Of a DNA stretch of 64,000 nt, positions 50,876 to 64,000 are shown in pieces. The first letter of the stretch is position 1. Every line of letters starts with the position of its first letter. The notes under the pieces are model-generated. The model saw only the letters and a list, made by a program, of their open reading frames with translations. It ran no database searches and was not told the DNA's origin. The DNA comes from Sphagnum compactum (lineage: Eukaryota). Location: assembly GCA_965153455.1 (NCBI GenBank), contig OZ234493.1:7492213-7556212 (forward strand), written 5' to 3'. The position numbers and the translations under genes are program-made.

Positions 50876-53800
50876 TTGAAACTTATTTATCTTTGTCACT
50901 ATGGGAGGGTTAACTTGTGATTTTCATATCCAATAAGATATTATGTTGCACCTAGTTGCCACTAGGCAAAATACTTCTTTCATAGTATATAGATTTTAAA
51001 GTTACTAATATATTTGTTATAATACAAGTAGCATTTTTTGATCCATTGTTAAATTGGTATGGTGTTTTTTCTCCAAAACTCAAAGAATTGAATTTCTCAT
51101 TGTCACTAATGGGAGCACTAACCTTTGGTTTTGAAATAATTCTTGTAAACTCTTGACATAATGTGTTATAAAGTTGAGAATAGTGAGAGTTGAAAGGCTT
51201 AATCACCTGGTTTTGGGAATTTTTGGTGACATTTTCATGTTTACTTAAGAATAAGCTTATTCAAACATATATTTAAATGGCATTCATGTATAAAATGATC
51301 ACAAATTTGTTAAATCAAGTGGCCACCAGGTAAAGTTCATCCATCCACCAAGTTGTTTAAAGTCCTAAGTAAACAATTTAGTCCTAAATTAATTAAATAT
51401 GTGTTCTTAAAAAAAAACTAGAATATAACCACCCTGAAGGAACATTTGAAGATGGAAAAGGTAGACAAGGAGGCTATTAAATAGTTTGAATGAGTTGAGT
51501 GATGAGGTTTTACCCTTACAGGTGGAGTAGGATTAGAAGCAAGATGTCATGTGGCGATAATTGCAACTATCATAGGAGATGGTAACTAGCTTACATGCCC
51601 AAAGAAACCTGCCCATAGGGATGATAGTCTTCGAATGGCATAACCAATTGTTGCAATGGAAGCGCCAAGCTTCGAAGGTGGCTATGGAAGATGCCAAATT
51701 GGCTAGATACAATATGTTTTTCAAGGAACATACCTTCTTAGAGTTGGAAGCAATGGCCTAATGATAGAAGACATGAAAAAAGAATGTTAAGAGAAATGAA
51801 CTTAAGGGGGAACTCAACACCATTTTGGATGTTGCCCCCCTCCTTACATTGGTAGACAAGGCAATGTACCATTGAAAGTTGATGGCATACATGAAAACTT
51901 TCCCTAATTTCAGCTGATAATGCCCAGCCCAGCATGTTCAACAACTTTGATGATAACAACACAAAAGGTATTCTATTCCTCAACATGAGCTTACCTTTGA
52001 GACAACAAGGGCAATTATAGGCCTAGATGAAGAATATAGGACCTTTGAAAGCATAACCACTATGGGTGTTGGTGAACATCTTGGACCCATAAGGGGTAAA
52101 GTTATTACATGATGTCTAGCTTGTTTATCTATGGGTCAATTCACACTCAAGGGTAAAATACTGAACAAAAAGAAAAGAAAAAGTTAGTATAACATAAATT
52201 ATTAAGGCATAAGTTAAGGTTGGTACCTTTTGATGACGATATCTACCTTAATATTCTATCACTATTCATAGTTGGCACTTTAGAAGGTTGTAGGTAGGGT
52301 AGATTGGACACATGACAACTTATCCATCTCCAATAATACTTTATGCATATTATGGCTTTATTTAACCATCTACTAAAACATATTGGTTACTTTCTTATGA
52401 TTTCCACATCTTGTCCTAGAAAATTAAATGTCCTTGGTATTACAAACAATGATGTAAACTTTGTAGATGTCTCTTTTGATGATGGTCCAACACTTCTATA
52501 ATTGTGAAATCACCTCCCTCATAAAAACATGTAGAAGAACTAGGTTTGTTCTCCTATGGTATTACATTCCTAGGTGTTGTATGTACATGTGGTTTTGGTT
52601 CCACTTGCATTGAATGTGGTGGTGACCACGACTAAAGTTGGAGATTGATCTTGCTCCCTCTTCACCTATATTTCCTCCTTGTGCATAGTGTGTTTGTACT
52701 AGTGGAGAATGTGGCCTTTCTATTGTTGTATGCTGTGGAATTTAGCTATGGATGGTAAATGTTGTTGTATGTGAAGGTGGTGGTTTCATAGCTCCATGCA
52801 TCCTTGTTTTCTTATGTCTAAACATGACAACCTTAGCCTCTTCATTATCCTTAGATTGAGTTACCTCTGGTTTTGTCTTTTGCCACCTCTTGATCTCCAT
52901 TTGTGGATCTTTCTTTGGAGATTGACTAAAGGACCTCAATGGTTTCTTGGACTTTTGCAATTTGTCTCGTAACTATGTTGCATTCTATGCGTTAGGATTA
53001 ATTAACATTTCCTACCATCCATTGTTGTTAATTTATTGATTGGATGTCACATCATGAAAACATGTTAATTACTTACCAAAAAGAGTTTGCATTTGTGAAA
53101 AATGTTTGTAAAATTGACAATCTATCATTGTCATTACCTACAAATGTGAGCTAACCATAAGATTGAGAACTATTTTTTTCAATAAATAATTAATGGCATG
53201 TGAAAATTCTCTTCAATAAATTACCATAATTTTTTTTTGATATTTTGTGTTAACTTTCTACCTTCTATAAAGGAGTTCAAAAATTATATTCAATATTATG
53301 ATTAAGATTTATAATTAATTTATGTTTAACTTTCCTACCTTCCCCAAGAGAGGTGTGAAAACGATCTCTTTCATATTTCCATCTTACAATCTTTTATTTT
53401 ATGATATATGAATAGAAGAAAAATATATAATAATCATTTGTAAAGGGATGTTTGAACTTTGAACTGATGTTGTACTAGTATGAAACTTTTGACAGATTAT
53501 ACATCCTTTAAATGGAAGGACCAATATGGTCCCTATATTTACGTGCACTATGAGATTAAAGTATAAGACTTTAGACATTATTTGAGTTTGAAGTAGAGGA
53601 AAAGAATTTGCATATAAACCATTTCGGATTTGAGAGGTCCCATCCTAAGGCCAATAGGCCAAAGCAAGGAATCAAAAATCTAAACTGTCAAAGGGATGGA
53701 TAAAAAATCTTTAAAAATTCATATGTAGATGCTTCATGTGTGTAAAAAAACGAGGGATTTTTTCAAACATTTTTAAGACATCTTTTTGCTTCTTTTTGCA

Positions 53801-55182
53801 TTTTTTCCCACTACCCTTAAAGTGCCCTTGATGAAAGCCCTTATGCTTTCATCATTCATCATTTTCTTTTGCTTTAACCTTTCTTCACTTTTTCTCAAGA
53901 TGTTTTTTTTTGTTTTGTCATAAAGAGGTTTTGTGCTTCTCTTTCTTTTAATGGCGTTGTCTTGTTTTTTGCTCAATTCGCTAACATGTGGTGGTTTTTG
54001 CTTTGGATGTTCTCATGCTTCTCATAATTCTTCTTTGTTGTTTCATGGTGTTGTTAACACTTCTTCACATTTCTTGCATTTTTTAGCTATTCTCACACTT
54101 CTTGACTTTTTTTTATTGTGCTTTTGCATTGTTTTGTTTTATAGTTCTTAACTCTTATTTATATTATATGTTTGATTATTTCAAGTGAGGGTGACCATTG
54201 CTACATTATGTTTTAGGTTTTATTTGTTTTGTTTGCAAATGTTAACAATGCATCATATGACATCATTTTTGCATTTCATCGTGTAATCTTCATTTTGCAC
54301 CAATGTTTGCCTTGTGATAATGTTTCACCCTACCTATTCATTATCATTTTCTTTTTCCTTTTAATGTGTTGGTGATGGCATGTTGTGGTGGACTACATTT
54401 GTTTTCAATGTATAGTTCTAAAATTCAACTTATGGTATCATGATTTCTTCTTCTTGTGATTTTGTTTTTGTTTTTGCAATGCTGACTATTGATGAACGAA
54501 CTACAAAAAAGTTATGCAATGAAAGTTTTGTAATTTTTTTTGTTAAAATCTTGGTTGATAAATTGCCCATACTTAGTGAATTCATTAATCTTATGGCTTT
54601 TGGATCATTTCATGCTACCATCTACATTAGTTATGACAACAAATGTTGATGATTTGATGTGGTCTAATGACAAGTTGAAAATCTATGTGCATCTCCTAAC
54701 ATTCCTATAATTAATTGCATCCTTCAAAATAAATATGTTGATTTGTTTGCACATTTTTTCAACCCTTACATTATTTCATTAAATCTAAAAGACTTCAATT
54801 TTATTCATGATGTTTTTTATAATGATTTTCTTAGTGATCCCAACTTTGAAACCTTTGTATATGGTGTTGATCCTAACTTTGAGACCACTGCATTTTATGT
54901 TGTTTATCCCTATTTTAAGGTCATTGCATCTAATGTTGTTGATGGGACTATTCATAAGTTTTTTGTTAATGAGCCATCTTTGAAGTCTCACTTTCTTGAC
55001 ATTGATGGGAAAGAAATGGACAATGTCAACAAGGGGGTCACCAAGCAAATAAACATGTTCAACTTTGGGCAAGGAATGTATTTGATGAATGGAGAGTATT
55101 TTGTGGTTTTGATATTGAAAAGTCCATAATAGACTTCTTGGATAGTGAAATGATTGTCAAGAATCTTGTGAACATGTTGTCC

Positions 55183-55206
55183 TTAGGGTTTAGGGTTTAG
55201 GGTTTA
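55183..55206 (+). repeat. Short interstitial plant telomere-type repeat, (TTTAGGG) about x3
   Basis: ttagggtttagggtttagggtttag; shorter versions occur at ~45711 and ~20645. Confidence 0.6.
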
Positions 55207-57557
55207 GCACCATGTACCCTCCTCCATCAACATAATAATCTAAGTGCAATTTTGAACCTTTTTTGTTTTTTTGTTGTTGATTTAAGTTGTTTTCTCAATG
55301 TCTTGTGTTGTAATGCAACATCTAGCCATTGATAAGAGGCATTGGCAAATTAATTAGACAAAAGTGGGAGCAACACATTGGTGAGTCAAATAATGTACTT
55401 TCCATCCCATTTAACATTTTCATTGATATGAAGTACCACCAAATCAAGATTGTGGGTGATGAAACAACTCTACAAGCCTCAACAATTAGTTTTGAGAAGT
55501 TTGTGAAAAATATGATGTGTTGTCTATTAAAAAAGAACAATGGATGTTGGCAGAACCAATTTACAAACCCACATATTCAGCTGGTATAAATATTAAATTC
55601 CGATACTTTTGTATACGCAAACTTTTTATTAAAGGGTATTCTAAAACTCCAAAATGTGGATTTTATTGAGTTTAATTTACTTTTGTCACCTCTTGGTGCT
55701 GTTCTTGAGTTTTGATAGGAAGTCTTGAAAATTTGGCAAATAGATATTACTCATTATTTTGCAATTCAACATTAGCCTCCCATCAATTTTTTGATTGTTG
55801 ATGTGATTGGAACTTACAAAAAATTTGTTTATTGTCATCTTACTTTTCAACATGTTGACAAGCCTAGACCATATCCACTATTTTTATGCATTAAACTTAC
55901 ATGGAAAGCTTCAAATGAAATATGGTTTATGATAAACTTGCAATTGGTTGCAACTAACTAAAATCAATTGTTGACTAGTCGATAACAATTTTTTTTGAAT
56001 TGAGACAGTGGTAAGGGTATTGGAATGAACTGGATGGAGGAAACACTTGTTTTTCAGGACTACGAGATGGTGATAACAAGTCACAAAGATCGAATTTCTT
56101 ATGGGAAATAAATTTTGTAACCTCTTTCTATTTTCGAAATTTTGATTTGCTTTGTGTTTAGTTTCAACCTTTGTCTTTCATTTCATTTTTTAATGTGCTT
56201 GGGGTTTTACAAATTTTGTATCTTCAAATGTTTCCCCTTTTCAGTTTGGAAGCAACTACAACAAATAATAATTTCAAATTAAGAGACTAACCACTAGTAA
56301 TGTTGGGTTCACCCAAACTTCTCAATTCATAGGGCCATGATTTGGAACACATTGATGTAACAACATGTTGGGAGCATGGTACATAGTAATTTCTATTGTC
56401 CATTGAGCTCTCGTAAACACCTAGTCCAATTATTGAGCAAAATACTTCATAACCAAACACTAGACTGGTCCGATCCAAAAAACCATTACCCATATCACCA
56501 TACTAGCCAACAAACAATCTGCTTGCCCAACACTAGTTCAAAATTCAAACCTCCCTCATCACATAAATCATTAAATAGAAACACATTTGATTTCAGTTAC
56601 AAAAACATTGTTGCCTTAACTTGGGTGGCAGCAACATTGACAGATTTTGACCTTCAGTCAATATTTGAACTCTGAAGCACGAGTTGAGTGCTAAATAGAA
56701 TTGCCTCTGACTGCCCCAATCAAATGTCACAATCACCTCTTGGCAAAACTCAAACTCTAGTTGTCTACTATGCTATTCGTCTCAGGAGTTACTAATGATG
56801 CCTATCTTTGTGCATCGGGCCAATGTGGCTCCTTGGGCTGAGAATCCAAGTTTATTTGGATTGTCTTACAAATCTAAACTTACAAAATCTAGACAATTTA
56901 AGCTGGCAACCTGGTTACCAAACTCCTGTAAGTGTATTCAAAGCGCATTACAACAATAATCAGCAGCACTATTACTGGATTACTCAAATTTGTCAATAGC
57001 AAAAATAGGGCTGTCATGCACACCCTATTAGCACTCAGCTGTACCATATGGTGATACCATAATGTAGTAAGTGCGAAGACACCTTGAGGCCATCTCCTGC
57101 ACAGTTCAAACAACACAACGTCTTCAAAACTGAAATGTAGAACAGATCTATGATGCCTCAGTTATTGCCCAACGAGGTCAGTGTCAACAAAGTTGAAATC
57201 ATCCCTCAACCCCCTCCTCCAGTAATGAATTCTTCAAAATCAATGATTATCCTAATAGTTCAGAACACTCTCAAACACTTCTGAGAAAAGGTCTCAGTGG
57301 AAGTGTCAGCCCTTGTGAACCCCCTGCAAAACTCTGCCAGCAGGTTACAAGTTACAACAGCTATCAGGTATAAGAGAAGGAACATTTAAGGATGAGGTTC
57401 AAACTACCAGATGAGATGTTAAATAAGAAGGCAGCAACAATAATGAAAAGTACCTGGATCACCCTGTTTCCCTTTGGTTTCCAATCTGATTGGGCAACAT
57501 TGAGGTACCATGGTGCATTTCAACCGGACTGACTGAGAGTTGCTTGCTAAAAGGGAG

Positions 57558-60500
57558 CTAGAAATAGGCCCTTGAGAGCAACATCAAAATCCAGACATGA
57601 AGTAGAATACAGTAAACACCGAGCCCAAGCCTCACAATTGGCTGTTGCATCAACATCCTTCCACCTCCAACCCTACATGAAGACACAGCACATTAGTTCA
57701 CATCTTGTTTCAAGCAAGCTACGCTACATTCAAATTGCTGTTGTAACCAATCACCTTCATATAGAGCTGCCATGCACCTTTTGGCTTCACAAGAGCCCTC
57801 TAAGAAGAGACCTAAGATCTGTATCAGCACTGTGCATTTTACAGCACATAGAAATAAGACTACAACTCGGAACATTAACAGGAATCAAGAAATCACCCTG
57901 TAACATATGTAGCTCATCAAACATGGTGATCAACTCAGCAGGGTTTGAAGGCAATTGACGTACCACAATGTATCAAGTCGGTCAACTACACTGTGTACTG
58001 CATTTGGAACAACTCTGGAATTCCCTGAAGTTTTAATGCCATGCCCTGGAGAAAAACAGTTGACCACCCACTTGAAGTCCATCACAAATCAAGGACCTAA
58101 CTAAACATGCATCATCTTCATTTCATCTTCGTTTCTGAACCTTATCAAAATTGCCTCTCAAATAACAAATACATTAGCTTTTTCTAAGTCATGTGGGTCA
58201 GGATGCAGGGTCATGAGTCATGACCTCATAAACCAGTCCAGAACTCACAAGGTGTTAACCTATAAGAAGGAAAAAGATGCGAATATAAAGCTAGTGTAAC
58301 TTCATACTTACCTTTATCATCTAAATCCAGAATTAAATTGCTAGGTTCTCCACTCAAAACACCAATTGCTATATCACCCAACAGTGGCTTACGTGAGCTC
58401 CGAACATGTGGAGCTGCAGAGCTCACTGCGGCAACCCACGTTCCCCTTGGCTTCTCCAACTCCTGCAGGAAAACTTGGCTATTAGTCAGTGTACAGTGTA
58501 CTATCATCAATGATGATCCACAATCAGTTTGCATGCAGCTACTGCTGTATGTCCTACCAGACAAGAAATTAGCACATATCACCCCAAGAAATTTACAGGC
58601 ATCAGGGTGACTGGATTCTTAACATGATTCTCTAGGTCAGAATGCATCTGTTATATACATGATGACTTCAGCTTTGGGATTCTTTTAATAGTTTAGCAGA
58701 AAAACTTTCAAGAGTTGTAGGGTTCACAAAGAGGACTCTGTCAAGTAGATGCAGGGAAAAAAAATCCTGGAATACTACTCACCTCAATATCAGATGCCTC
58801 GATACAAAAAGTGTCACCTCCAGATGGGTGCACTAGAGACCTGACCTCTGCTTGCAGTTTCTCAGCGTGCAGTTCTGTAGTTTGCAGCTCCACCTGCAAC
58901 AACAGAACTTTCTTTTGAGCATTTCAATGTTCCTTACAGTCATGTGCAACTCAGTGTCTTTCCTCTCAGTATTTGACTGCCATTGCTGATTTTCTAGTTG
59001 GTGATTCAGGGCTTTCATGGTGGTAAGCACCTGATTCTCAGATTTAAACTCTACCTCATCAAAGTCTTCTTCTGCAAAGGTCCCTTTTGCAATGTCTTGG
59101 TTGCACACCCTTGCTGCTGACTTGCTTTGGATCTCATTGAGCTCAGAATTCTTTATATCCGGAGATTTCTGCACAGCTAACATGTCTTCTCTCAACCCTG
59201 TGATTTCTGTATTCACCTTGCGGCTCATGGTATCAAGTTCCTCAGTCAATTGGACAATTTCAGTGTTAGCATTCATGATAGCCCAGGAACACTCCTCTCT
59301 CTGCCCGTCTGCCATCAAGATTTCTGCTGGCCGTGGGATCTGGGTGTCCTGAGTTTCTATATCACAGTGATGGCCTTTGACCTCTGGTAGCTGAACTTCA
59401 GTTTGCTGCTGCAGTTCACTGAGCCTTTTGACAGTCGATGTGAGCTTGGAAAACTGCTTTGTCCTTGAAGAATCCATACTATTTGTTGAGACCTGCAGTT
59501 TTTGTAGCACCTGCTCCATCTCTTCAACTTTCTCTGATAGAACATTTGTCTGAACTTCTGCTTCCCTGATAACTTGCAAGTGGAGACCCAGTTCCTTTTC
59601 ATAGCGCATACGGTCCAAAGTAGCTTGATTTTCAGCTTCTTTGCACCTTTTCGTCCAAGTAGAGATTGTCTCTTTTGCATGTGCATACTCCATAGCCAGC
59701 CAATCAATTATGTCTGTTGGTTCCATGGCCTTGACATTACCAGGCCATGAGCTTTGGGCTAGTGCACCTTCCAGCGTACGTATAAAAAGATGGCGTTCTT
59801 CCAGCAGTTGCTCCTCTCTACGCCTCATGTTGCAGACCTCTGCATCCATGGACTCAAAAGCTTGCTTGTACTTTGCCACTTTTAAGTCCATTACTGTTGC
59901 CTTCTCCTCAAGGGATTGCCTCAAAACATCTCGCTGTTTTTCAAGCCCTTTCCCCTTCTTCACCGCAAGACCCAGCTTGTCTCGTACACTCAAAAGTTTG
60001 TGTTCAACTTGATGGAGCTTGGTCTCTAGAGCCTCCTTGTCTCTCCTTGATTCTGCAAGATCAGTAGACAGCTTCAGACACTCGCTTCTCAAGCGGTCTC
60101 CCTCAGAGGTACTTTGTGAATATTCCACAAGGACATTCTCTGCCTTTTCCTCTGACAGCTCAAGATCTAAGGATTCTGATCCTTGGCGAAGAACCACCAG
60201 TTCATTGGGAACCAAATGCACATCACATTTCATATCTTCTAGCTCAAGCTCTGAGGAAGCTGTGCTATTTTCCATGGCTAGAATCCTTTCATGTGCCTCT
60301 TGCAACATCTTCACTGTTCCTGCAAGTTCAGTCTTCAATCTATGTGATTGCTGCACCAGGCCTTCAATCTCATCATCTTGTTGTGTCATTGTCAAAACTG
60401 CTTCTTCCAAAGTCTTGCTCAACCCACTGATTTCCAGATCCCTTGAAGCTAACATCTCTTCCATGGTGTCCACTTGCTGTGCAAGCTTTTCGACTTCAAG

Positions 60501-63500
60501 AATAGAGGTCTTGTGCTTCTCCACCAGCATGGTAACAGCAGCTTCAAGATCAGTGATGTTGGTGGGTTCAATTGCAATCCCCTGACCCTGAAGTACCTGA
60601 AAAAAAAAAGTATGTCATCATAAAATCTCTTCTGAACAGGATAGTGTTGGGTCATGCCAAGTGGCTCATATAATATGCACCTCAGGTCATGTAAGAGATT
60701 GAAAAGTACCTCAAGCACAGTGTTCATCACCCTCACCACCATACAGTCAATATCAGACTGCAGCTTGCAGTGCATAGCATGAGCAGCTTGCAGAGCTCCA
60801 AGTTGTTCTAAGGCAGTCTCTTGCAACTTGGAAATCTCAGACTGCAGCTTTGCTTTTTCCAGACCTTCTTGAGCTGCTAATTCCTCTACAAGGAGATACT
60901 TTCCACTCAAAGTTTCCAATTGAAATGCGAAATTGTCTCTCTCTTGCTCTAACTGTCTTTTACTTGTTCTGAGTTCCTTAATGGCAGCCTCATTGTCATG
61001 CAATGCTTGCTCCACACTTGCAGATGAGCTTTGAATTGTTGTAAGCTCAAGCTCCAGAGAGCTCACATGGCCAGCTATGGCTGCACCCAATGAGGAGATC
61101 TTTAACTCGGCTTCATTCAGGGTCAAGTCCTTGGTTTTCAATGCCTGCAAAAACATGCAAACATGATTGGTGATGGTGCCATTTTTGAACAGCAAAAAAG
61201 CATGTTGCCTGAAGAACTTTGGAATAAGCCACTTGATGGGGGGTGAGTGACATACTTCTGAGTGTGTGGAAATCACATGTTCAAGCTCCTTGGTCTTTCC
61301 TGACAACAATTGGTCCAGACCATCTTGTTGCTGACCATAGGATTGGCCTTTGCTGAAAGTGACTGAAAGTCTCTCTTTCACATTCGAAGCATGTCCCAAC
61401 TGAGACAGAAAATCAGTGCTTAAATCCCACTTGAATTGGAGATCTGGAAATGTGGTATGAATGCTCTTCTGTAAAGACTCTCCCAATAAGTCTGTCTTGG
61501 CAAACACAGTTGAAGCTTCATCACTCTGCCCCTGTAACAATCTTTCTATGAACCTGTCTGGAAGATCATTAAGCTCAATTGCCAATGAGGAGTTTTGAGC
61601 TGCCTTAACATCTGCTGCCTCCAGATTCTTTGCGACCCTCACAAGTTTCTGGGTGAGCTTGCAGTTCTGTTGTTTCAGAGTCATGTAATCAGCCCATAGC
61701 TGCTTCACCAATGGTCCTAACATTGCCATCTTATTGTCTGCATCAGTCAGATGCATTGAAAGTGCATCCAACTCGAGAGTTGAGCTTTCCTCCACGCATG
61801 TTGCTGTGTCTCTGTCTTGCTTCAATACACCAATGGACTCTTCCATATCCTGCACCTGCGAGACAAGCTCCATAGATGTCACCATGCACTGTTCTTTATT
61901 GGGCCACAACATAAACTCGACATAACCCCTGGATTCAGTATCTCTTACAGAATTCATCAAAGGTTTGTCATCAATGGAGTGACCATCCCAAACTTCTCCA
62001 CCTACACCTTGTGATTCTGCATCTACTTTCTGTGACTGGCCTTCATGGGAAAATACCTGCTCTGCAATTTGTGAATCTTTCCCTGCCCCTATCTCTGCTT
62101 GCTCTTCCATGCTTTCAACAGGTCTCTCATTGATGGAAAGCTTCAGCATATTATAGCTGTCTTGTAGTGTATGGGTTAACCTTCCTACCTCATCATCTCG
62201 TGCCAGCCTCTCTTCAACAACTGCTTGAACCTTGGGCTTTGAGGCTTCTACTTCTCTTTCAGAGTTTTCCCTTTGGGATTCCAACAGGAAATTCTGCTGC
62301 CTGAAGACCTCAGGCTCAAATTCCAGCTCGTTTGCATGGACAGTCTTTCCATCACTTGAGCGAAGCATCTGGTGTTGCAAATTACTCAGCTGATCCACCA
62401 CTTTATGTTTCTGTTCCCCTACTCTCCAGAGCAACCCATCTAGTTCTTGACAAAGGACTGTCACCATCTCAGTTTTTTCATGACTTCGGCATTGCTCTCT
62501 TGCAACTTTGTCCTTCTCCTCAGCCACAATCCTCAACAATTTGCTAAGTTCTTGACAGAGATTCACGACCAACTCTCTTTTCTCCTGGTTAACTTGATGA
62601 AGTGTCTCTTTTAGCTCCTCAATCTCCATACCCAACCATAATTTCTGCAGCTCCACCATCTTCACCAAATCTCTATATTGATCACGTTCAAATCCAATTT
62701 CTGTAAACACTTTTGATTTTTCCTCTGAGTTTCTTGTCACCTGCAAAGGGTGAGGGTTCCCAAACATAAGAGCTTGAAAGTTTAAACCCAAAACTTTTTA
62801 TGTTTGTCACTAAACCACCCAGTTTGTACCTGATACTCCAGCAACTCCCATAATATCGGTGACTTATGTTGATGCTAGGATTGCATAACAGAGATAGCAC
62901 AAAAGCTTCATCTGCACCTTACCTTGAAAAGAATCCCAGAATGCTGGAAAGGTGAGATTTTCCAAGGGTTCAAAAAAGATAAAACAAAAGACCCAAAACT
63001 AGAACTTTGGTGATTTCAAATTTCTCCTTACCTGACTGTACCACTGAACCTTCATCAGCCAACTTGAAAACCTTGTTTCCTTTCCTGTATGAAATCCCAA
63101 CAACTTTGAATTACTAAAGTCAGTAATGACAAAAAAGGGATAACTCACTTCCTGCATCTGTTGCTGTAAAGCTCTCAAATCTGACATCATGTTGCCCTTC
63201 TCTTCCATGAGCATCAGAATGTCAGAATTTAAAGAGTCATTTTGCTGCCGAAGCTCCTGCACCAAAAGCCTTGAATCTTCGAGCAGTGTGTCAACAAGCT
63301 GTTTGCCCTCTTCCATTTGCTTCTGCTCAAGATTTGTTGCTGTGAGCTCAGAAACGACATGATTTATCTCCTCCTCAAGGCTAAGGACTCGATAACTCAA
63401 AATCTGATTCTCTTCCTGCTGTTGGTGTACCTCTTTCTCCAATTTGCTGACTTGACTGATCAACTGTGAGTTTTCCAATTGCAACCCCTGCATTGCACAA

Positions 63501-64000
63501 GAAACTTCATCAAGCTTGCTTGCAAGCTGTTTCTTCTCGGCTGCAGGCCTCTGCAACCATCGGTTTAGTTCTTCAATCTCAGAGAGTAATTTCGCCTTGT
63601 CATGCTCCAGGCTTTGAACCTGAAGCTTCAATTTGCTCGACACTGCAAGAAGCTCAACACCTTCTGCATTGGCCCTTGCTCTCTCTTGCTCCAACTCAGC
63701 AATTTTGACTGTCAATGCCACGTTCTCTTCCTGGAGTTCCTGAAAGCATCAACAGAGTTTCATCGGACCCATGAACATGGACTGGATTCAGCAATCCCCT
63801 CAGCAGTGAAAGGAAAAAAACCCAAACACTGCAACTCTAGCTGGAACACTGGAGCAAGATTCTCCCATTTTTTGGAGAAGGACTGCAATTCTACATACCT
63901 TTTCCCTGCACAATTCCTCCAGTCTTTGTGTCAAGTCCTTAACTTTGGAATGCAAAAGTTCATTTTGTTCAGTGAGTCCCTGAATCTGCTGCCCAAGCTC
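57558..64000 (-). CDS. TNO1: TNO1/At4g31570-like long coiled-coil (golgin-like) protein with C-terminal transmembrane helix; 5' part lies beyond the window; apparent frameshift at ~58914
   Basis: Exons: >64000-63899, 63739-63149, 62740-61256, 61144-60710, 60596-58783, 58462-58312, 58045-57964, 57672-57558. Family signature KLLSVRDKLGLAVKKGKGLEKQRD. C-terminus APHVRSSRK..DDKGHGIK..SRVVP..VDRLDTLWV..RMLMQQPIVRLGLGVYCILLHVW resembles At4g31570-type proteins as I recall them. The symbol denotes family, not proven orthology. Confidence 0.82.

Noticed and set aside
59641..60585. Plus-strand ORFs of 123-188 aa
   Set aside because: These are antisense shadows of the coiled-coil gene exons.
61145..61255. 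Continuous 780-aa ORF read as one exon
   Set aside because: This 111-nt stretch has GT-AG ends and non-coiled-coil composition, so it was treated as a stop-free in-frame intron.

Overview
Eukaryotic land-plant genomic DNA with GT-AG introns. Gene style and repeat content suggest a bryophyte, possibly a Sphagnum-like moss (inference only). Four multi-exon protein-coding genes were reconstructed by hand: (1) a divergent RCD1/CNOT9-like gene (-, ~784-5416); (2) a MINDY-family deubiquitinase with a C-terminal CaaX motif (+, 33200-38617); (3) an uncharacterised low-complexity protein with C-terminal EAPNF-type repeats (-, 44530-47562); (4) the 3' part of a TNO1/At4g31570-like long coiled-coil tail-anchored protein (-, 57558->64000) with an apparent 1-nt frameshift. 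The intergenic DNA is heavily C>T/G>A-decayed transposon material. It includes a CACTA/En-Spm transposase pseudogene and a CACTA terminus, isolated host-gene exons (one from a DDX51/RH1 DEAD-box helicase), and a decayed coiled-coil+RING gene. It also holds fragments of a PIF1-helicase/APE-endonuclease (Helentron-type) rolling-circle element, two inverted copies of a ~400-bp MITE with probable ATT target duplications, and several minisatellites and AT-rich strand-biased repeats. No rRNA, intact tRNA or CRISPR was seen. I see no clear-cut new biological system; the best leads are the Helentron remnants, the MITE family, the exon-capture cluster and the divergent CNOT9 paralog. All coordinates were derived by eye.
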